Shown here: one piece after another, positions 58,494 through 64,000 of the stretch
Numbering within the stretch: position 1 is the stretch's first letter
Layout of the letters: each line of letters opens with the position of its first letter
DNA from: Thermoproteota archaeon
Lineage (GTDB): Archaea > Korarchaeota > Korarchaeia > Korarchaeales > Korarchaeaceae
Direction of reading: 5' to 3'
DNA: 64,000 nt
Assembly (NCBI GenBank): GCA_027491395.1
Contig: JAOZFI010000036.1
Location: forward strand, 1-64,000
Made by a program: the position numbers and the translations under genes
The notes under the pieces: model-generated
Seen by the model: only the letters and a program-made list of their open reading frames with translations
What the model was told of the DNA's origin: nothing
Database searches by the model: none

Positions 58494-59609
58494 TTAACAT
58501 GTGTGCAGCAACTCATCCGCACCTACCTTCTCCGCTACATTTACGAAATCCTTCCATTTACCTTTAGTCTTCGGCTTCTTAGGGACGAATGGGCACGAAA
58601 TATCATACGATACGGATACATCATAGGTCCCGACCTCCTTCGCTAGCTTGACTATATCGTCCTTATCCATCCCTATCAAGGGCCTGAGAACTGGCTTTTC
58701 TAAGCACCTGCTCTCCACCTCTAGGTTATCTAGGGTCTGACTCGCCACTTGGCCTAGGGAGTCGCCCGTGACTATGGCGCTGGCTCCCATCTCCTTGGCC
58801 ATCTTATTGGCGATGACGAGCATCCTCCTTTTGCAGAGGAGGCATGTCCACTCCCTTGCGCCCCTCTCGACGAACTCCTTCAGGGCCGATCCATGTTCTA
58901 TCACCACAGGCTTGAACTTAGCGCCATGGGAGTACCGCTTCAGCACAGAGACTATCTCTCTGAATCCTCTCTCCTCCTCTGGTGTCTTCCTGAAGTGAAC
59001 AGGTATGACTGCGGCGCCTCTCCTCATCATAAGCCAGGCGGCCACGGGGCTGTCTATACCGCTGGATATGAGGGCGATCACTTTCCCCTGACTGCCAACG
59101 GGAAGCCCACCGTATCCCTCTATCCTCTCATCGGTAATGTAGGCCTTGCCCGCCACTATCTCTATAATTATCTCCTGGTCTGGACTACTAAGATCGACGG
59201 GCTTTCCCGTATTTCCCTTTATCAGCCCGCCGACCTCTCTGGCCAACTCCATTGACGTTAGGGGAAAGTCCTTGGTGACTCTCTGGACCCTGACAGCGAA
59301 ACTACCTTCCTTCTGGGTGGCTATCGAGAGGGCCACTCTCTTTATCTCATCTATCTGGGCTTCGGTCTCGATGGAGGGGCTGTAGGACTTCACACCGAAC
59401 ACCCACTTGGTGACCTCCCTGACCCGAGGATCTGATGTGTATACCACAATTCTGCTAGCTCTCTTGACGATCTTGATGAAGTGAACTCCTTCCGCTCTGA
59501 AGGTCTCCTCCAAATTCCTGATCAATAATCTCTCCATCTCTCTCCTGACGTGCGAGGATTTCAGGCCTATCTCGGAGTACCTCACTATCAGGGAGTTGAA
59601 CTTATTCAA
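58494..59609 (-). CDS. thiI: tRNA 4-thiouridine synthase ThiI (THUMP plus PP-loop, no rhodanese domain)
   Basis: VRYSEIGLK, GGLPVG, SSGIDSPVA, CLLCKR, GDSLGQVASQT. Confidence 0.92.
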   Translation of the reverse strand: MNKFNSLIVRYSEIGLKSSHVRREMERLLIRNLEETFRAEGVHFIKIVKRASRIVVYTSDPRVREVTKWVFGVKSYSPSIETEAQIDEIKRVALSIATQKEGSFAVRVQRVTKDFPLTSMELAREVGGLIKGNTGKPVDLSSPDQEIIIEIVAGKAYITDERIEGYGGLPVGSQGKVIALISSGIDSPVAAWLMMRRGAAVIPVHFRKTPEEERGFREIVSVLKRYSHGAKFKPVVIEHGSALKEFVERGAREWTCLLCKRRMLVIANKMAKEMGASAIVTGDSLGQVASQTLDNLEVESRCLEKPVLRPLIGMDKDDIVKLAKEVGTYDVSVSYDISCPFVPKKPKTKGKWKDFVNVAEKVGADELLHTC

Positions 59610-59742
59610 AGGATCACCGGGCTACTTGGATGTCTTCCCAAAAATCTATCGCTGCTTATCGCGAGATGTCCGATAAAGATTTTACGAGCAACAGGAGGCG
59701 AAACCTTAAAGCGCCTCCTCATCTAATTAGGAGAGGAGCATC

Positions 59743-61959
59743 ATGCCCCCGATTTACTACCACTTGGAGGATTCAGAAGGAGCGGTGGAGGTGTGGTTCA
59801 CTGGAGGGACCAGCAGGAAGGTGAAGCACAGGCCCTATTTCTACACGCTCCCAGATGAGGAGACAAAGGTTTCTGGCTTCATAGAGAAGGAGAGGGTAAG
59901 GGCCAAGGTGATGGGCGTAGAGAAGGAGCTGATAAAGTTCTACTTCTTGGACGACAAGGCTAGGAAGAAGGCTGCCAAGAAGGTGGAGAGACCCTTCGAT
60001 CTGGACGTCCCTCCTTGGTTTCAATTCTGCGTGGATCACGAGCTAATCCCGTTCTCACAACTGGATGAGGACCTGAAACCTGTCGGAGAACTCGGTGGAC
60101 TAGAGAACCTCAAGAAGGTCTTCTTTTCGGGGTTGGTATACAGCGATGAGGGTTTTCCTATCGAGGGAAAGAGCCCGGTGGTAGCCATCGCTTATGCCAT
60201 CGATGATGGCCCCATAGAGACGATCGCGACGGAGGACTTAGATGATTCGACTGTACTCAGGGAATTCATTTCGATGATCAGAACTGAGGACCCAGATGCC
60301 TTAGTTGGATACGGCCACGATGCCGACGAGTTCAAGCACATTATGGCCCGGGCCAAGCTCCATGGGATCAAACTGGCGATAGGGAGAGACGGTTCTGAGC
60401 CCCAAGAGACGGGTAGGTTCTTCAGGGGGACCATACTGGTTGAGAATAGGATAAGAGGGAGGGCCAACTTGGACATCTTTCCCATTGCTTGGAGGGATTT
60501 CCCACAACTCCCAGAGAGGACATGGTATGAGCTAGCCGACGAAATAGGTGTGGAGAGGCCCAAGGTGCTGATGAAGTTTAGGGTCGCGGAAGCTTGGAGA
60601 TCGAACAGGGAAGAGGCCATCAGCTATCTGAAACAGAAGCTCCACACGATAAGGGAGATATACGGGAGGTTGATGGATCATCAGGCCGAACTCTCTAAAC
60701 TTACCCTGAGACCCATTCATAGACTGATCAGGACCCCTGTGGGTGAAATAGTCGAATCTTACGTCATTAGAGAGGCGAAATCCCACGGGTGGGTGTTTCC
60801 TCTCAAGGAGGCGAGAAGGGAGAGCGGATATGAGGGCGGTTACGTCTGGCTGAAATCACCAGGTATGTACGAGGAGATAGGCTACCTCGATTTCGCCAGC
60901 ATGTACCCTTCAATCATGGCTCATCATAATATAAGCTTCGAGACTGTCGATCCCTCCCCGGAACTCTGTGAGGAAGTCGAGGATGTAGAGGTAGAGGGAG
61001 TCGTTGCGAGGATCTGTAGAGATGTGAGGGGTCTTGTTCCAATACTGGTCGGAAAGCTGATGGAGGAGAGATCAGCGATCAAGGCTAAGATGAAAGAAAT
61101 TCCACCAGATGATCCCGAGTACAAGAGGTTGGATGCTCTCCAGAAGGCCGTTAAGGTCGTTACTAATGCCATGTATGGCTACATGGGTTGGACGAACGCC
61201 CTCCTCATGAATGTGAAGGCGGCTAGGATAACCTCAGCATACGGGAGGTATTACATAAAGGAGGTGAGGGAGAGAGCCGAGTCCAAGGGACTCACCGTGA
61301 TCTACATAGACACGGATGGGATTCAACTCGTGGGGGGAAAGAGAGAGGACTACGAAGAGCTGCTCGAGGTGGTGAATAAGGACCTCCCCATAAGGATCGA
61401 GTTGGAGTACATCGCCGAGAGAGGGATCTACGTCGCGAAGAAGAAGTACGCACATCTAGTGGAGGGCAGGCTCATCGCTAAGGGATTCGAGTTCGTCAGG
61501 AGGGACTATCCATCCATAATAAAGGAGGCCCAGAAGAAGGTAGTTGAAATGGCCCTCAGGGGGAGCGATCTAGATGAGATAAGGAGATTGATCAACGAGT
61601 ACAGAAGCAAGATCTTAAATAGGGAGGTAAGAAAAGAGGATCTCATCATCATAGAGACCATGGGCAAGGAACTGGACAAGTTCGAGAGAAGGACCAAGGG
61701 ATTCTACGTGGCGATGTGGCTGCTAGAGAGGAAAGGTATAGAGGTGCATAGAGGGCAAGTCCTAAGGATCCTCATAGTGAAAGGACCAGGAAGTGTTAAC
61801 GAGAGAGCTAGACCGGCCGAGTTCTTCGATCTAGATGACGTGGATTTGGACTACTACGTGAAGCTCTTCGATCAGGTTATGGAGAGGACCCTATCCTCCC
61901 TCAAGAAAGTCGGAATATCTGAGAAGAGGACAGGGGGGTTGGAGGAGTGGTTCGGATGA
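59743..61959 (+). CDS. polB: Family B DNA polymerase with intact polymerase motifs and degenerate 3'-5' exonuclease
   Basis: DFASMYPS, KVVTNAMYG, YIDTDG, KKKY, KGFEFVRRD; C-terminal PIP-like LEEWF. Confidence 0.92.
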   Translation: MPPIYYHLEDSEGAVEVWFTGGTSRKVKHRPYFYTLPDEETKVSGFIEKERVRAKVMGVEKELIKFYFLDDKARKKAAKKVERPFDLDVPPWFQFCVDHELIPFSQLDEDLKPVGELGGLENLKKVFFSGLVYSDEGFPIEGKSPVVAIAYAIDDGPIETIATEDLDDSTVLREFISMIRTEDPDALVGYGHDADEFKHIMARAKLHGIKLAIGRDGSEPQETGRFFRGTILVENRIRGRANLDIFPIAWRDFPQLPERTWYELADEIGVERPKVLMKFRVAEAWRSNREEAISYLKQKLHTIREIYGRLMDHQAELSKLTLRPIHRLIRTPVGEIVESYVIREAKSHGWVFPLKEARRESGYEGGYVWLKSPGMYEEIGYLDFASMYPSIMAHHNISFETVDPSPELCEEVEDVEVEGVVARICRDVRGLVPILVGKLMEERSAIKAKMKEIPPDDPEYKRLDALQKAVKVVTNAMYGYMGWTNALLMNVKAARITSAYGRYYIKEVRERAESKGLTVIYIDTDGIQLVGGKREDYEELLEVVNKDLPIRIELEYIAERGIYVAKKKYAHLVEGRLIAKGFEFVRRDYPSIIKEAQKKVVEMALRGSDLDEIRRLINEYRSKILNREVRKEDLIIIETMGKELDKFERRTKGFYVAMWLLERKGIEVHRGQVLRILIVKGPGSVNERARPAEFFDLDDVDLDYYVKLFDQVMERTLSSLKKVGISEKRTGGLEEWFG

Positions 61960-61966
61960 CCCCCCC

Positions 61967-62308
61967 TCATACCTTGAGGAACTTGAGAGGGAGCTTAGAG
62001 GACCCTCTCTTCCTGTAGGGCCTGTTCAGGGGAATGGCTATCTTCCTCTCCTCCTCGGACCTAGGTCTCACGATTCCTAGGTAGACCGCGCAACTTATGC
62101 AGTAGTACCTAGTCTCGAGCCTCTTGGATATGTAGGCCCCCTGTCTCTCTAAGTCCTTCCCGAGACTTCCACCAACAGGCGACACCCACCTAGTCACCTT
62201 AACCGCCTTATCAGCTGGGACCGCTCTCCCACACTGATAGCACTGGACTATCCTCTCGTGGCCCGAACCACCCAGTTTCCTACCTCTGTTTTTCCTCTTC
62301 TTAGGCAT
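61967..62308 (-). CDS. rps26e: 30S ribosomal protein S26e
   Basis: MPKKRKNRGR, CxxCG..VP.DKA, YCISCA. Confidence 0.95.
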   Translation of the reverse strand: MPKKRKNRGRKLGGSGHERIVQCYQCGRAVPADKAVKVTRWVSPVGGSLGKDLERQGAYISKRLETRYYCISCAVYLGIVRPRSEEERKIAIPLNRPYRKRGSSKLPLKFLKV

Positions 62309-62445
62309 ACATTTCCCTAGCGAACTGAGATGATCTGTGAAAATAAAGGTTTCCTTCTATGCTGTCCAACAACTGCAATCAGTTGGCGAGGGATTTTGGA
62401 GGTAAAGAAAGGAAATCATAAGGAGAGGAGACCGGACTTCGGTGA

Positions 62446-63885
62446 TCAGTAGGATCTTCCTATCCATGCCCTGTGTTTCGCCTCTCTTCCACAGATAACG
62501 CACTTCTCCCCCTTGCCCTCAAGTGCGTTTTCCTCGTACCCCAATATACCGTATCCAATCTCTTCCTCTACTTCGTGCCCGCACTCCTCTAGACCGCACC
62601 AAGGGAACGACACAATCTTCTCGCCCACGTTTTCTCTGATCTCCTCTACTGTTTTAGCATGCACCGTCCTCTTTTCAAAGTATTCCTTGGCCTGCCTCCT
62701 CATCTCCTCCTCTATTTCACCGAGAAGGGGTTCAATTCTGCTCCTGAGGTCTTCGAATGGAACTAGAGACCTCTCCATGGTGTCCCTCCTGAAGAGGGTC
62801 AAGGTCCTCTCCTCGTACTCCTTCCTACCCACTTCAATCCTTACGGGTACGCCCTTCATCTCCCACTTGAAGAACTTGTATCCCGGCCTCTCATCGGTAT
62901 CATCCAGCTCGACCCTGTAATCACCGACGAGGGCGTTATAGACCTCCTTGGCGTATTCAAGCACCTTATCCTCATACCCCTTCGATGGGATAGGTACCAC
63001 GACGATCTGAATTGGAGCAAGCTTGGGCGGGAGTTTCAATCCCCTATCGTCTCCATGTATGGCTATCAGGGCCGCTAGAGACCTCTCAGATATCCCGAAG
63101 GAGGTGGTATTGACGTTCCTCTTCTCCCCGTTCTCGTCCATGTACTCCAAGCCGTAGGTCCTAGCGAACAGGTCACCGAAGTTTATGGCACTTCCAAGTT
63201 CCAAGGCCTTCCCATCGGGCATTATGGTTATCAAATCGTAGTTGTACTTGGCCCCGGGGAATGTGTCCCAAGGAGTGGTCTTCACCACCACATAGGGGAC
63301 TAGGAGCTCGTCATAGAACTTCTTGTAGATCCACACCTCAAGCTCCACCTGCTTCACCGCATCCTCGTAAGTGGCGTGGAATGTATGCCCCTCCTTGAAG
63401 AACACGATCTCCCTGACCCTCAGCATGGGCCTAGTGGCCTTAGTCTCGTACCTGTACACCGGAACGATCTGGTAGATCCTGAGCGGTAAGTCCTTGTAGC
63501 TCGTTATCCACCTGTTCAGGACTTCGTACATAATGGCCTCGCTGGTTGGCCTTAACGCTAGCTTCTCCTTTATCTCCTGCTTACCCAGTCGGGTTATCCA
63601 GTAAATGGAATCCTCAAAGCCCTTGATGAATCTGAACTCCCTGCTCAAAACTCCCTCCGGCACCACGCCCGGGAAGTACACCCTCCTATGCCCAGTCTGT
63701 CTCATCAGCCTCTCCATGACGTTCATCACGTTCTCCATGAGTTCATAGCCGAAGGGAAGCCATACGTACATCCCCTTGACTGGATATCTCTCATCCAAGA
63801 TTTCCGCCTTGAAAAGGACCTCATCGAACCATCTGGAGAAGTTCTCTCCCTTAGGAGTTAGTTCGAACGCTTCTCTTTCCGACAT
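62446..63885 (-). CDS. proS: Prolyl-tRNA synthetase (archaeal/eukaryotic type)
   Basis: YPVKG, LRPTSE, RYETK, FGISER, KGVPVRIEVG, C-terminal Zn domain. Confidence 0.96.
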   Translation of the reverse strand: MSEREAFELTPKGENFSRWFDEVLFKAEILDERYPVKGMYVWLPFGYELMENVMNVMERLMRQTGHRRVYFPGVVPEGVLSREFRFIKGFEDSIYWITRLGKQEIKEKLALRPTSEAIMYEVLNRWITSYKDLPLRIYQIVPVYRYETKATRPMLRVREIVFFKEGHTFHATYEDAVKQVELEVWIYKKFYDELLVPYVVVKTTPWDTFPGAKYNYDLITIMPDGKALELGSAINFGDLFARTYGLEYMDENGEKRNVNTTSFGISERSLAALIAIHGDDRGLKLPPKLAPIQIVVVPIPSKGYEDKVLEYAKEVYNALVGDYRVELDDTDERPGYKFFKWEMKGVPVRIEVGRKEYEERTLTLFRRDTMERSLVPFEDLRSRIEPLLGEIEEEMRRQAKEYFEKRTVHAKTVEEIRENVGEKIVSFPWCGLEECGHEVEEEIGYGILGYEENALEGKGEKCVICGREAKHRAWIGRSY

Positions 63886-63923
63886 GTTCCCGCCTCGCCC
63901 TGCTCAACCTTCCGAGTCAGTCC

Positions 63924-64000
63924 CTATCTAAAAACTATGCCGATTGATCTGAGGAAGTCCTCCCTCTCGGATACTCTAAGCACATTGAACCTCATCCCTG
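63924..64000 (-). CDS. Possible 3' end of an upstream gene (...MRFNVLRVSEREDFLRSIGIVFR*)
   Basis: Only the minus-strand frame open from the window edge to TAG at 63924. Confidence 0.3.
   Translation of the reverse strand, partial: GMRFNVLRVSEREDFLRSIGIVFR

Noticed and set aside
62309-62445. Small ORF or sRNA between rps26e and proS
   Set aside because: Only short ORFs without RBS or recognisable product; the pyrimidine-rich minus strand fits a proS terminator plus rps26e promoter.

Overview
Gene-dense, mostly housekeeping window from a (hyper)thermophilic archaeon of the TACK type. Ribosomal protein S26e, RadA, Sec61beta, GGGGTG/GAGGTG ribosome-binding sites, TATA boxes and a stand-alone 5S rRNA point to this; Korarchaeia-like is my inference. 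It encodes about 65 proteins: Liv-type ABC transporter, carbamoyltransferase plus carbamate kinase, TrpB2, HisD, five aminoacyl-tRNA synthetases, PorGDAB, RadA, TtuA, ThiI, Thg1 and a PolB. It also holds tRNA-Lys(UUU) and 5S rRNA. I see no IS element, prophage or CRISPR array. The most striking observation is two near-identical 7-codon leader ORFs, each just after a TATA box and a GGGGTG RBS: MGDLV-W-P* before trpB2 and MGDLV-H-L* before potD-like/hisS. In both, the +1 frame opens right at the Val-Trp/His codons. In one it runs to an ATGA overlap with trpB2; in the other it supplies the otherwise start-less Tat signal peptide. This suggests amino-acid-sensing +1 frameshift control, which is a hypothesis and could partly be chance or a sequencing indel. 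Other oddities: CTG start codons, a PolB with an intact polymerase but degenerate proofreading domain, a GG-less ubiquitin-like protein next to ttuA, and a LysW-like protein with a repeated acidic tail. All product calls come from motif recognition; no searches were run.
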